Assembly (NCBI GenBank): GCA_021737865.1
Contig: JAIPDC010000001.1
Span: 8,448 to 72,447, forward strand
Direction: 5' to 3'
Source: Rhodoferax sp.
GTDB lineage: Bacteria > Pseudomonadota > Gammaproteobacteria > Burkholderiales > Burkholderiaceae_C
DNA length: 64,000 nucleotides
Shown: in pieces, positions 20,149 to 29,794 of the stretch
Layout of the letters: each line of letters starts with the position of its first letter
Numbering within the stretch: the stretch's first letter is position 1
Translations under genes and position numbers: made by a program
The notes under the pieces: generated by a model
Told to the model about the DNA's origin: nothing
Seen by the model: only the letters and a program-made list of their open reading frames with translations
The model's database searches: none

Positions 20149-21230
20149 AACTTCCGCGTGTGTGTGTGGTGGGTCCGCTGCCGCCGCCCTCTGGCGGCAT
20201 GGGCAATCAGTGTCAGCTGTTGGTTCGCCTGTTGCGTTCGGAGGGAATGGTGGTCGATCTGGTGCAGACCAATGCGCCTTACCGTCCGGCATGGGTTGGG
20301 GGTATTGCCGTGCTGCGTGCCCTCTTGCGTCTACCGCCCTACTTGCTCACCCTGTGGCGGGCGTGTTCGCAGGCTGACGTCATGCACATTCTGGCGAACT
20401 CCGGATGGGCGTGGCACTTGTTCGTGGCGCCTGCGATCATCGTTGCCAGGATTCACAAGGTGGCTGTTATCGTCAACTACCACGGCGGCAACGCCGATGC
20501 GTTTTTTGCGCGGGCTCCCCGCTACGTCCTCGCCATGTTGTCCGCAACCGCGTTGCGGGTCATACCATCACCCTATCTGCAACGTGTCTTCGCCCAGCAC
20601 GGCCTGTCAAGTGAGGTCATTCCGAATATCGTTGATCTGTCCCTGTTCTCGCCACCGGTGTGCGCACCGCATGCGCCACAACCGCTTATTGTGGTAACGC
20701 GCAACCTGGAGCCCATCTACGACATTGCCACCGCCATTCGGGCGCTGGCGCGCATTCGCCAATGTGTGCCTGGGGCCTGCATGACGATTGCCGGTAGCGG
20801 CCCTGATCGAGAGAGACTGCAGGGACTCGCACAGCAACTTGGTTTGGGTGCCGCCGTCTGCTTTTCTGGAAGGCTTAGCAACGATGGCATTGCCGCGCTG
20901 GTGACATCGGCGTCGTGCTTGCTCAACCCGAGCACGGTGGACAACATGCCGGTGTCTATTCTGGAGGCTTTTGCCTGTGGTGTGCCGGTGGTTAGTACCT
21001 GTGCCGGTGGCATTCCCGACATGCTGGAGGATGGTGTAGCGGGTCTTCTCGTTCCAGTGGGCGATGATGCAGCCATGGCCGATGCGGTGCTGCGCATTTT
21101 GCAGAACCCTGTGCTGGCTCTGCACTTCAGTTCGGTGGGGCTGGTGGAGGCGGAAAAATACTGTTGGGACAAGGTGCGACGGCAGTGGCTCGGCGCCTAT
21201 TGCCGGGCCGTGACGGGAGTGCGCGCGTGA
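20145..21230 (+). CDS. GT4 glycosyltransferase
   Basis: GPLPPPSGGM, NYHGG, TRNLEPIY, DNMPVSILEA, GGIP. Confidence 0.9.
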   Translation: MKLPRVCVVGPLPPPSGGMGNQCQLLVRLLRSEGMVVDLVQTNAPYRPAWVGGIAVLRALLRLPPYLLTLWRACSQADVMHILANSGWAWHLFVAPAIIVARIHKVAVIVNYHGGNADAFFARAPRYVLAMLSATALRVIPSPYLQRVFAQHGLSSEVIPNIVDLSLFSPPVCAPHAPQPLIVVTRNLEPIYDIATAIRALARIRQCVPGACMTIAGSGPDRERLQGLAQQLGLGAAVCFSGRLSNDGIAALVTSASCLLNPSTVDNMPVSILEAFACGVPVVSTCAGGIPDMLEDGVAGLLVPVGDDAAMADAVLRILQNPVLALHFSSVGLVEAEKYCWDKVRRQWLGAYCRAVTGVRA

Positions 21231-22609
21231 GCTATTACACGCAGCTCTGTTCCCAGGTACTGTTTCCCCTGCACGAACGACTGAAGGGACACAGTTCAGT
21301 GGGTTTGCACACGCGGCTTGAAGAGAGTCAGTGGTGGTCTTCCGATGCGCTGCAGGCGCACCGCGCCAAACGCCTGCGAGATTTTCTGGTGGATGTCGGC
21401 GAGCGTGTGCCGTACTACCAAAACCTGTTTCGCCAGAATCACTTTGATCCGTACACGGTGCAGTCGACGTCCGCGCTGCGCGCGTTGCCGCTGTTGACCA
21501 AGCCTGAGATCCGCGCCAATGTGGAATCCCTTAAGGCCCAGGGGCACAGTCCGCTGACCCGCTACAACACCGGCGGGTCATCGGGCGAGCCGCTGGTCTT
21601 CTACATGGGCCGGGAACGCAAGAGCCACGATGTGGCGGCCAAATGGCGTGCCACGCGATGGTGGGGCGTGGACATTGGCGACCCCGAGCTGGTGGTCTGG
21701 GGCAGCCCCATCGAGTTGGGTGCGCAGGATCGCCTGCGCAGGTTGCGCGACGGCGTGCTGCGCAGTCGGTTGCTGGCGGCTTTTGACATGTCAATCGAAA
21801 ATCTGGACGGTTTTGTGGACACCATCGCCTCGGTCAAGCCAAAAATGTTGTTTGGCTATCCGTCGAGTCTGGCGCTGATCGCTGGTCGCGCTCGGCGCAA
21901 CGGTGTACGCTTGAATGCATGTGGAATCAAGGTCGTGTTTGTGACTGCCGAGCGACTGTACGACGAACAGCGCCAACTCATGGAAGATGTATTCGGTTGC
22001 CCTGTAGCCAACGGATACGGTGCGCGCGATGCGGGCTTCATAGCCCACCAATGCCCGATGGGCAGTCTGCACATCAGCGCCGAAGACATCGTGGTGGAGA
22101 CCGTGCGTCCGGATGGACAACCTGCGTCCGACGGTGAGGTTGGCGAGATCGTAGTGACACACATGGCGACCGCGGACTTTCCGTTTGTGCGCTATCGAAC
22201 TGGTGACATGGGCGCGCTGAGCACCAGCCCCTGTGCATGCGGTCGCAGCCTGCCGGTGCTGGGCAGCCTGCAGGGCAGGTCCACCGATTTTGTCGTCGCC
22301 CGTGATGGCACCGTGATACACGGGCTGGCACTGATCTACACCTTGCGTGACCTGCCGGAGATAGCGCAGTTTCAGGTCCGCCAGGAGTCACTGGACCTGA
22401 CGGTGGTGCGCGTGGTATCGCAGGCCGAACTTGCACCCGCAAGCCACGCGCGCATCGTGCGGGACTTCAGGGTGCGCTTGGGCGCGGCGGTTGAGATCCG
22501 GATCGAACAGGTGGCGGCCATTGCGCCCGAGGCGTCCGGCAAGTTCCGCTATGTCATGAGCCAGGTGGACGCGTTCGCCAGCCAGGGGGGGCGAGCTCAC
22601 TATGCGTGA
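21227..22609 (+). CDS. CapK/phenylacetate-CoA ligase-like adenylate-forming enzyme
   Basis: PLLTK, TGGSSGEP, GYPSS, NGYGARDAG, RYRTGD, GRSTD, SGKFRY. GTGA overlap start. Confidence 0.88.
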   Translation: MSYYTQLCSQVLFPLHERLKGHSSVGLHTRLEESQWWSSDALQAHRAKRLRDFLVDVGERVPYYQNLFRQNHFDPYTVQSTSALRALPLLTKPEIRANVESLKAQGHSPLTRYNTGGSSGEPLVFYMGRERKSHDVAAKWRATRWWGVDIGDPELVVWGSPIELGAQDRLRRLRDGVLRSRLLAAFDMSIENLDGFVDTIASVKPKMLFGYPSSLALIAGRARRNGVRLNACGIKVVFVTAERLYDEQRQLMEDVFGCPVANGYGARDAGFIAHQCPMGSLHISAEDIVVETVRPDGQPASDGEVGEIVVTHMATADFPFVRYRTGDMGALSTSPCACGRSLPVLGSLQGRSTDFVVARDGTVIHGLALIYTLRDLPEIAQFQVRQESLDLTVVRVVSQAELAPASHARIVRDFRVRLGAAVEIRIEQVAAIAPEASGKFRYVMSQVDAFASQGGRAHYA

Positions 22610-23849
22610 CATTGCCCTTTCGGCTGTCTTTCTGGCGGTTCTGCCGTTTGCCATCCGGTTCACGTGGGTGGCGGTTTTGCTGTGGACATGGATCAGTATC
22701 ATGAATCCCCACAAGCTGGCCTTTGGCTTTGCCAATACGGCGCCCTTTGCGGCAGTGGCCGCCGGGGCTGCATTGATTTCACTGGTCTTCAACCGCGACC
22801 GCTTTCGCCTGCCTTGGCAGCCAGTCGTGATGGCCCTCACCGTCTTCACGCTCTGGATGTGCGTTACAACTCTGTTTGCGATCAATCCAGATCTGTCTTG
22901 GCTGCAACTCAGTAAGGTACTGAAGATCCAGTTAATGACGTTGGTGGCCATGATTGCCCTGCGTGAGCGCAAGCACATCGAACTGTTCGTCTGGATCAAC
23001 ATCCTGTCCGTTGGTTTCTATGGCTTTAAAGGCGGCATCTTTACCATTGCAACCGGGGGCGAAAGCCGGGTGTGGGGTCCGCCCGGCGGCTTCATCGAGG
23101 GCAATAACGAGATAGCTCTGGCCCTGGTAGTGGCCTTGCCGCTGATGAACTACTTGCGTCTGGTCGATGCGCGCAAGTGGGTACGTGGGGGACTTTTGTT
23201 GCTGATGATTCTGTGCGTTGTTGCTGCGGTGGGTACGCAGTCGCGTGGTGCATTTCTGGCGCTGCTGGCGATGGGATTCATGTTGTGGATGCGCTCCAAC
23301 AGCAAGGTGCTCACCGGTACGGCGGTGGTACTGCTGGGGTTTGCCGTGATCGCTTTCATGCCCGCTGCCTGGGAGCAGCGCATGCGCACAATCCAGTCGT
23401 ACGAATTCGACACCTCGGCCATGGGCCGCATCAATGCCTGGTGGACTACCTTCAACCTGGCCAATCGCAGGCCCACGGGTGGTGGGTTTGAGATCTATAC
23501 CCCGGAGATTTTTGGCCTGTACGCTCCAGATCCCAGCAACATCAAGGTGGCGCACAGCATTTATTTCTCTGTGCTGGGTGAGCATGGCTACATCGGGCTG
23601 TTGCTGTTCTTGATGGTCTGGTTTTTGGCGCTGCGTTTGTCGCGCAAGATTCGCCTTGCGAGTCTGATGCCGCCGCCACAGCAGTGGACGCATGATCTGG
23701 CGGTGATGTGTCAGGTGTCCCTGGTGGGCTACGCGGTGGGCGGCGCATTCCTGAGTCTGGCTTACTTTGACTTGCCCTACAACATCGTTGTTATTCTGGT
23801 TGCGGCCATGCGCTGGTGGGAGGCGCAACGTGGGCAACGTCCACCATGA
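22602..23849 (+). CDS. Putative O-glycosylation ligase, exosortase A-associated (Wzy_C/WaaL-like, TIGR03097-like)
   Basis: MRDI start, W.WISIMNPH, GPPGGFIEGNN, TQSRGA, SAMGRINAW, AHSIYFSVLGEHG. About 11 TM segments. Confidence 0.92.
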   Translation: MRDIALSAVFLAVLPFAIRFTWVAVLLWTWISIMNPHKLAFGFANTAPFAAVAAGAALISLVFNRDRFRLPWQPVVMALTVFTLWMCVTTLFAINPDLSWLQLSKVLKIQLMTLVAMIALRERKHIELFVWINILSVGFYGFKGGIFTIATGGESRVWGPPGGFIEGNNEIALALVVALPLMNYLRLVDARKWVRGGLLLLMILCVVAAVGTQSRGAFLALLAMGFMLWMRSNSKVLTGTAVVLLGFAVIAFMPAAWEQRMRTIQSYEFDTSAMGRINAWWTTFNLANRRPTGGGFEIYTPEIFGLYAPDPSNIKVAHSIYFSVLGEHGYIGLLLFLMVWFLALRLSRKIRLASLMPPPQQWTHDLAVMCQVSLVGYAVGGAFLSLAYFDLPYNIVVILVAAMRWWEAQRGQRPP

Positions 23850-24814
23850 TCATCCGCAGCCTGACACAGGTTCTATCCCCCGCGGGAGACGGGGGAAAGT
23901 TGTCGATCCTGATATTTCACCGCGTGCATTCACACCCGGACCCGCTATTTCCGGATGAGCCCGACATTCGCCGGTTCGATGCGGTGATCGGTTGGCTCAG
24001 TCGCTGGTTCAATGTGCTTCCTCTGGATGTTGCGGTCATGCACTTGCGCAGCGCGACACTGCCCGCGCGAGCCGCCGCCATCAGCTTTGACGATGGCTAT
24101 GCCGATAACGTCGACAATGCGTTGCCCGTCCTGTTGCGTCACCACGTTCCGGCGACTTTCTTTGTGGCCACCTCCTTTTTGGACGGTGGACGTATGTGGA
24201 ATGACTCGGTGATCGAGGCGCTGCGGTATACCGAGCAGCGGTTGTTCGACGGGCGTGCCTGGGGGCTTGGCGTACTGCCGCTGGAGACCCTGGAGCACCG
24301 CCGGTGCGCCGTGCAGTCGCTGTTGGCCTGCAGCAAGTACCTGGAGCCAGCGCAGCGCCAAGCGATGGTGGATCAGGTTCAGGACTGGGCTGGCGTGGCC
24401 CTGCCGAATGACCTGATGATGCGGTCTGAACAATTGTTGGACCTGCGCAATGCACACATGCAGATCGGCGCGCACACCGTTTCGCATCCGATTTTGGAGA
24501 GAGCAACCGATGCACAGGCCCGCTGGGAAATTCTCAGCAGCAAAGACGACCTGCAAGCCCGCCTGGATCAGCCAGTGACGCTGTTTGCCTACCCCAACGG
24601 GAAGCCCGACACCGACTACAGTGCACGCCACGTGGCCATGGTCCGGGAAGCCGGATTTGTGGCTGCTGTTTCCACTGCGACCGGTGTTTCCGCTATCGGT
24701 TCCGACCCCCACCAGTTGCCCCGATTTACTCCATGGGACCGGGGCCGCGCGCGCTTTGGCGCGCGCCTGCTGATCAATTTGCGGCACACCGCATGTGATG
24801 TGACGCAACGATAG
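23846..24814 (+). CDS. Polysaccharide deacetylase (CE4, IcaB/PgaB-like)
   Basis: ILIFHRV, ISFDDGYAD, ATFFV, IGAHTVSHPIL, FAYPNG, LPRF. Confidence 0.9.
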   Translation: MIIRSLTQVLSPAGDGGKLSILIFHRVHSHPDPLFPDEPDIRRFDAVIGWLSRWFNVLPLDVAVMHLRSATLPARAAAISFDDGYADNVDNALPVLLRHHVPATFFVATSFLDGGRMWNDSVIEALRYTEQRLFDGRAWGLGVLPLETLEHRRCAVQSLLACSKYLEPAQRQAMVDQVQDWAGVALPNDLMMRSEQLLDLRNAHMQIGAHTVSHPILERATDAQARWEILSSKDDLQARLDQPVTLFAYPNGKPDTDYSARHVAMVREAGFVAAVSTATGVSAIGSDPHQLPRFTPWDRGRARFGARLLINLRHTACDVTQR

Positions 24815-24825
24815 GTTTGCGCTGC

Positions 24826-26496
24826 CTAGCCGACCTCGTTTCGTGGACCGATGTAGGCACGAGCAATGACGACCGAGTCCATTCGAAAGTGCATATTGCG
24901 GGGGGACGCAGCGGTGCCCCCGTGGTACCAGTTGAGCCAAAACCCCTGAACACCCATTTCGGGGTGTCTGCGCCAACGCAGATTCGCGCGTTTGAAAGCC
25001 AGTGCACCATTCATCCACACCGTGTACTGGCCATCTTTGGCGGCTTCGCCATTGCCGATCGCGTCATAGGGGCCAGTGATGGAGTTCATGCGGATGTGCT
25101 GCTCTATGCAATGCCAGCGCCCCCGGTCAATCACCGTGCTTGCCCAGCGCATGGGCTCACCGAAGTCGCCATCCTGGTCGAGGTGGTACATGTAGCTGCC
25201 GAGCCAGAACAGGTTGTCATACGGGTTGCCGTCGTTGGACCGCGTTCCCCCATGCCCGCGCATGGAGGCACCCTCAAATTCCCATCGATTGGCGCTGGCA
25301 TTGCGCACCTTCAGACCCGTTGGCCGCACACCACCGTTTCCGGTCGTGTTTTGCCAGAAGCCACCCGAATGCCACCAGCCAAAGCGGCCGTCCCATCCGG
25401 GCATCTTGTTGGCGTCTACTTCGGAGCCCCAATCGTCTTCGAGAAACACGTAGTAGCGTGCATACAACTCGGTCTCGGTTCTTTGCGGAATTCCTGTATT
25501 GGCCCCGTCCACCACGGTTCGTTCCAGGTCGCAACCCAGGAGTTGACCTTGCGGAATCTGGCTTCTCAGGTAGGTGGTTCCGGTGTGCGGGTCTTTCGTG
25601 GCCTGACTTCCAGGGGCCACGCCGCCGGTCTGCCAGCGCGCCCTGGAGAGGTCAGAGAAGTCCCCCGCGAAGAGTACGCTGGGGTGGGCGCCCAAGCCCC
25701 GATCGAACACATAGTTGCTGGCAATGCCAGGTTCTTCCGGCAGTTCGCCCCGACCGATGCGAAACTGGGGCGGGTTCAATTCGAACACCTGCAACACGCC
25801 GGCGTACTTCAGCGTCAGGCAGGTTAATGTCAGGGTGGCACGGCGCAGGTTTCCTACCCATGTGGAAAGGTCAAACTGGAGGGCTGCGAACTGCACATCT
25901 GCAGCAACGTTGAAGGCACTTCGGCTGTCGCGGCCAAGGTATGACGTGGGTGTCCAGCCTGCATTGCAGATACATTCAAGGACAGTGACGCCCTGGTCGG
26001 TCTCGATGGTCAGGGTCGGACGCTGCTGCGCCGTTGCGTGGGTGCGACCGGCAAACGTGAAGGGCCAGTCCTGGGTCGACCGGAGGTAGAAGCCGCGGTT
26101 CTGTCCGGTGCTGAGCCAGCGTCGCACCAAATCGGTCACCACCAGTGCCACTGGCCCCAGTGCAACAGTGGTCGCGGCAAACGCAATGGGACCCTGTGGC
26201 TGTTGGTGCGCATCCAGCCAGTCCCCAGTGCCCGGGTTGGCCCACCGCAGCTGCAGTTTCTGGCTCCAGTAGTCACGGCTGGGACCGCTGCCAGCATCCC
26301 AGCTCAGAAACTGTTGGACTGTGTTGACGTTGCCGCTCGGTGGGGGCGCGGCTGTCTCAGGTGCGGGTGTCGGCTCTATTGTTGGGGTCGAAGGTGTCAG
26401 AACCACCGCACCTCCTTTACCACCTCCACCACAGCCCACACTGCTGAGTGCGCCTGCGCCCAAGGTCGCCTTGATCACAAATTCACGTCTGTGCAT
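24826..26496 (-). CDS. Tat-exported lipoprotein with DNRLRE-like region and C-terminal beta-jelly-roll polysaccharide-lyase-like (PL14-like) domain; paralogue of 60921..62555
   Basis: RREFV twin-Arg, lipobox SVGC, Pro/Thr linker, VTDLV..W...NRGF.LR...RP.L.I, YARYY, NKMPG, GRWHCIEQ..MN, DG...VW.NG, W.NWYHGG. Confidence 0.7.
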   Translation of the reverse strand: MHRREFVIKATLGAGALSSVGCGGGGKGGAVVLTPSTPTIEPTPAPETAAPPPSGNVNTVQQFLSWDAGSGPSRDYWSQKLQLRWANPGTGDWLDAHQQPQGPIAFAATTVALGPVALVVTDLVRRWLSTGQNRGFYLRSTQDWPFTFAGRTHATAQQRPTLTIETDQGVTVLECICNAGWTPTSYLGRDSRSAFNVAADVQFAALQFDLSTWVGNLRRATLTLTCLTLKYAGVLQVFELNPPQFRIGRGELPEEPGIASNYVFDRGLGAHPSVLFAGDFSDLSRARWQTGGVAPGSQATKDPHTGTTYLRSQIPQGQLLGCDLERTVVDGANTGIPQRTETELYARYYVFLEDDWGSEVDANKMPGWDGRFGWWHSGGFWQNTTGNGGVRPTGLKVRNASANRWEFEGASMRGHGGTRSNDGNPYDNLFWLGSYMYHLDQDGDFGEPMRWASTVIDRGRWHCIEQHIRMNSITGPYDAIGNGEAAKDGQYTVWMNGALAFKRANLRWRRHPEMGVQGFWLNWYHGGTAASPRNMHFRMDSVVIARAYIGPRNEVG

Positions 26497-26524
26497 AGTG
26501 TTTCGATTCCTCAGGTAACGACAG

Positions 26525-28189
26525 CTACACCTTGAACTGGGGGGCGTTGGCGCGGAGCCATTGCTCGAGCATCATCAGGATCCACACCATCTCTCCGTAG
26601 TAGCCTGGATGTTCCCGCAGTCGTTGTGTGAGCAGTGTCTGGATGAAGTCGCGGCGAATAAATCCCCGTTCAGCCAGACTGTGCAGTGAGTCGCAGGCCA
26701 GGTGGTGGAGGCCCTCATGCCGACACGCCCAGACTCCAAATGGAAGGCCAAAGCCCTGCTTCTTTTTGCGAATGATGGCGTCTGGCAGGAAGCCACGCAG
26801 CGCCTCCTTGAAAAACCAACGCAGTCGCAAGCCGCTGAGCTTGTAGCTCGCTGGCAGCCTCAGCGAGAAGTCGAGTAGGCGCTGGTCCAGCAGTGGGAAT
26901 CCAACCTCAATCCCCGCCAGGTGGCTGGTGCCGCAGACTTTCGGAAGGTCGCTCTCGGCCAAGGTGTAGCGCCAGTCGAAGGCCAGGTTGCGATGCAGGG
27001 GTGCGTTGGTGGATGCCAGCGCCCAGACCTGCTGCTGCTGTTCCAGGGGTGCCTGTGTATCGATTCTTTCAAGGAAATTGGTGGTGAACACGCTCTCGAC
27101 TCCCAGGCGGTGCAGCAGGTTATACATTTGCAGTCTCTGTGGCATGGCCACACAAGCCTGCTGCACGTAGCTGGCCGCCTTGCGCACCAGGGGCAGGCGG
27201 TGCATGGCGCTCTGTGCCAGCAGGGGCTCCATGATCCGCGCGCGCATGTGCTGCGGCAGCGCGCCGTACCAGCCAAAAATGCGTTGCTTTGCGTAGCGTG
27301 TGTTGCCGCCAAAAAGCTCATCCCCGCCGTCCCCTGCCAGCACCTTACTGATGCCGTCCGCTTGGGCCATGACAGCACAGTAGTAGGCCGGCAAGGCTGA
27401 TGAGTTGCCAAAAGGCTGGTCAAAGTGCGTGGCCACAGTTGCGATGCTGCGAACCAGGTCCTCTGGCGTCACGTAGTACTCGTGGTGAGAGGTCCCGAAG
27501 CGTTTTGCCGCGATGCGTGCGTACTCCATCTCGTCGTAGCCTTCAGCATCAAACCCAATCGAGTAGGTTGATGCGCGCTTGCCACTCACTTCACCAATGA
27601 GACCCGCCACAGTCGAGCTATCGGTGCCGCCGCTCAAATAGCAGGCTGGCTGGGTTCCATCCAGCTGATCATGCACCGCGTGGCGCAGCAAACCCCGAAA
27701 CTCGTCCCGCAGTGCCGGAAAAGACGCGCGTTGCGCATCGGTAAACTCGGGCTTCCAGTAGGGCGCTACGGTCAGTCGCCCTTCCTCAAACACGGCACAG
27801 TGTGCCGGTGGAAGCCGAAAAATACCTTTGAAAATGGTTCTGGGCGATGGTATGGAATGGAAAAAGAGGTAGTCAAAAATGGCCTGGGGGTCGATCTCGG
27901 TTGTCGGGTCGGCAAGCGCATCTGCGCGGGTGGCGAATCTGAGCTTCCCATCCACCACCCGGTAGCACAGGGTGCGAATGGCAAAGCGGTCGACCGCCAG
28001 GCTGGTACGGCCTGAGTCCTCTATTCCAACGGCAAAGTCACCAGACACCTGTGTTGCTGCCAGTGCGATGCCATCTTTGCAGGCCGCGCCCCATGCAGAG
28101 CCTGGGCCATCGGCGGCGGCCAGTCGTGCTAGACCCGCACCATGGAAGCGTGGTGACCCTGTGCTCAGGATTTGGGGTGTTGAAGTCAT
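26525..28189 (-). CDS. Asparagine synthetase-like ATP-dependent amide ligase lacking the glutaminase Cys
   Basis: Keeps LSGGTDSS, FDQPFGNSS, AGDGGDELFGG and KKQGFGLPF. N-terminus is truncated with no Cys1/HRGPD. Start set by ATGA overlap with the wzx stop. Confidence 0.85.
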   Translation of the reverse strand: MTSTPQILSTGSPRFHGAGLARLAAADGPGSAWGAACKDGIALAATQVSGDFAVGIEDSGRTSLAVDRFAIRTLCYRVVDGKLRFATRADALADPTTEIDPQAIFDYLFFHSIPSPRTIFKGIFRLPPAHCAVFEEGRLTVAPYWKPEFTDAQRASFPALRDEFRGLLRHAVHDQLDGTQPACYLSGGTDSSTVAGLIGEVSGKRASTYSIGFDAEGYDEMEYARIAAKRFGTSHHEYYVTPEDLVRSIATVATHFDQPFGNSSALPAYYCAVMAQADGISKVLAGDGGDELFGGNTRYAKQRIFGWYGALPQHMRARIMEPLLAQSAMHRLPLVRKAASYVQQACVAMPQRLQMYNLLHRLGVESVFTTNFLERIDTQAPLEQQQQVWALASTNAPLHRNLAFDWRYTLAESDLPKVCGTSHLAGIEVGFPLLDQRLLDFSLRLPASYKLSGLRLRWFFKEALRGFLPDAIIRKKKQGFGLPFGVWACRHEGLHHLACDSLHSLAERGFIRRDFIQTLLTQRLREHPGYYGEMVWILMMLEQWLRANAPQFKV

Positions 28190-29646
28190 TGCAGCTTCCT
28201 TTTGAGTGGACCGGTGAAGTGCTCCAGCAGATAGGATTCCGCCCCGCCGGGACGCCCTGCCGCGGACCAGAGAATGGCTATCGCAGTGGCGTAGAGCACG
28301 GCCCCGAGCAGTACCTTGCCTGGCAGTGCCTGCGCCACCGGAGCATGGGCCCAAAGGGGTGTGATGGCCTGCAAACCTGCCACCATCACGCCGGCGGCGC
28401 ATAAGGGGCGCACAACACCCCGCAGCAGGTCCTTCCAATGCAGCGGTTCGAAGACCCGCAACAGCAAGCAGACGAAGGCCAGACCGCAAAGCCCGCTGAG
28501 CAACAGCCGCAGCCAGGCGATCTGCAATGCGCCAAAGGCTGGAAACGCGATGAAGGCCAAGGCGGCAAATACGCCCACCTGGACCCAGGTAAAGAGGGCC
28601 AGGGTCTTTACGTGGTCCAGCGTGATCATCAGGTATGTTGCGCTCGACAGCATGGCTTCGGCCAGGTAGGCCAGGGCAAATATCTGTACCAGCGGGACCG
28701 CCATCAACCACTTGTCACCCAGCATCAGGGCGACCAGTTCAGGCGCCACCAGCGCCAGGCCGACGCTGGCAGGAATGGCAATCAGGCTTTGGACGCTTTG
28801 CGCCAGCAAAAAAACACGCTTGAGTTCCCCGGGTTGGTCCTTGACGGCTACAAATGCTGGAAACAGCACGCGGTTGATTGGCATCAGCAGTTCGGTCGAG
28901 GGCATCGCGCTGATGTCACCCGCCATGGTGTAAGTGCCCAGCACCGCGGCGCTGTCACGGCGTCCCACCACCATGCGGTGCAACTGGGTTTCGAAATACA
29001 GCCCAGTGGTCCTGGCCAGTAACCACTGCGATACGCCCAAAATTTCGCGCACCCGTGCCAGGCTCAGACGGGGGCGCATCGGGTGCATCCAGAAGCTGCA
29101 GACAACGCCGACCGACCGGCCAAACACCGTTCCGATGACCAGTGCCCAGTAAGACTTCAAGAGCCAGGCAAACAGCAGTGTTGCCGCGAATCCGGAAAAG
29201 CGCTTGGTGAACAGGAATATGAAGTCTTTGCCAAAGCGCATGTCTTTTTGGAAGTTGACCACGCCAATGTTCTCCAGGCCGCTGGCCACCAACGCCAGGC
29301 TGAGTACCCTGATAACATTTTCCACACGCGGCTCATGGAAATACAGCGCGGCAAGCGGTGCGCAGAAGAATAGGGCGATTGCGGCGACGACAGACTGCAG
29401 CAAGCCCAGGGTCCAGGCGGTGTCGAAGTGCTCCTGAAGCGGCGCCCGGTTCTGTATCAGAGTCACATGGACGCCCAGGTCGAACACGACATCTGCCAGC
29501 GTGATGACCAGGGACGCCATGGCAATAATTCCGAAGTCCTCCGGTATCAGTAAGCGTGCCAGCACCAGTGTGCTGATCAGGCCGATCAGCCGGTCCGTCC
29601 AGCGCATCGCAACCGTCAACAGGGCGCTCTGAACAATGTTCTTCAT
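28186..29646 (-). CDS. wzx: Wzx/PST-family polysaccharide flippase (WzxC-like)
   Basis: LARLL.PEDFG, DLGV...LIQ, D.AWT, LLKSYWALV, RVLFPAF, LGDKW. About 12 TM segments. Confidence 0.92.
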   Translation of the reverse strand: MKNIVQSALLTVAMRWTDRLIGLISTLVLARLLIPEDFGIIAMASLVITLADVVFDLGVHVTLIQNRAPLQEHFDTAWTLGLLQSVVAAIALFFCAPLAALYFHEPRVENVIRVLSLALVASGLENIGVVNFQKDMRFGKDFIFLFTKRFSGFAATLLFAWLLKSYWALVIGTVFGRSVGVVCSFWMHPMRPRLSLARVREILGVSQWLLARTTGLYFETQLHRMVVGRRDSAAVLGTYTMAGDISAMPSTELLMPINRVLFPAFVAVKDQPGELKRVFLLAQSVQSLIAIPASVGLALVAPELVALMLGDKWLMAVPLVQIFALAYLAEAMLSSATYLMITLDHVKTLALFTWVQVGVFAALAFIAFPAFGALQIAWLRLLLSGLCGLAFVCLLLRVFEPLHWKDLLRGVVRPLCAAGVMVAGLQAITPLWAHAPVAQALPGKVLLGAVLYATAIAILWSAAGRPGGAESYLLEHFTGPLKRKLQ

Positions 29647-29744
29647 GGCTGCCAGCTGCTCGTCTTGGCAGTTTTCGAAGAAACAGTGTGCATGGTCCTG
29701 AGGGTGTTTTGCGGACAGTCTATTTTTTCAGGTATGTTGAACGG

Positions 29745-29758
29745 TTGCGATTTCTCAA
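29745..29758. promoter_or_regulatory. Palindromic box TTGCG-ATTT-CTCAA serving back-to-back promoters (wzx operon and acyltransferase)
   Basis: Minus-strand TAGACT (29722-29717) and plus-strand TGTAAT (29781-29786) each lie exactly 22 nt from the box. The layout is repeated at 60818. Confidence 0.7.
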
Positions 29759-29794
29759 ACACCGGCACGGGGGCTGTCTTTGTAATGTGCCTCC

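Noticed and set aside
28190-28711. N-terminal extension of the AsnB-like ORF (728-aa call)
   Set aside because: It overlaps wzx in another frame. The ATG at 28189 overlaps the wzx stop and follows an AAGGAAG RBS.
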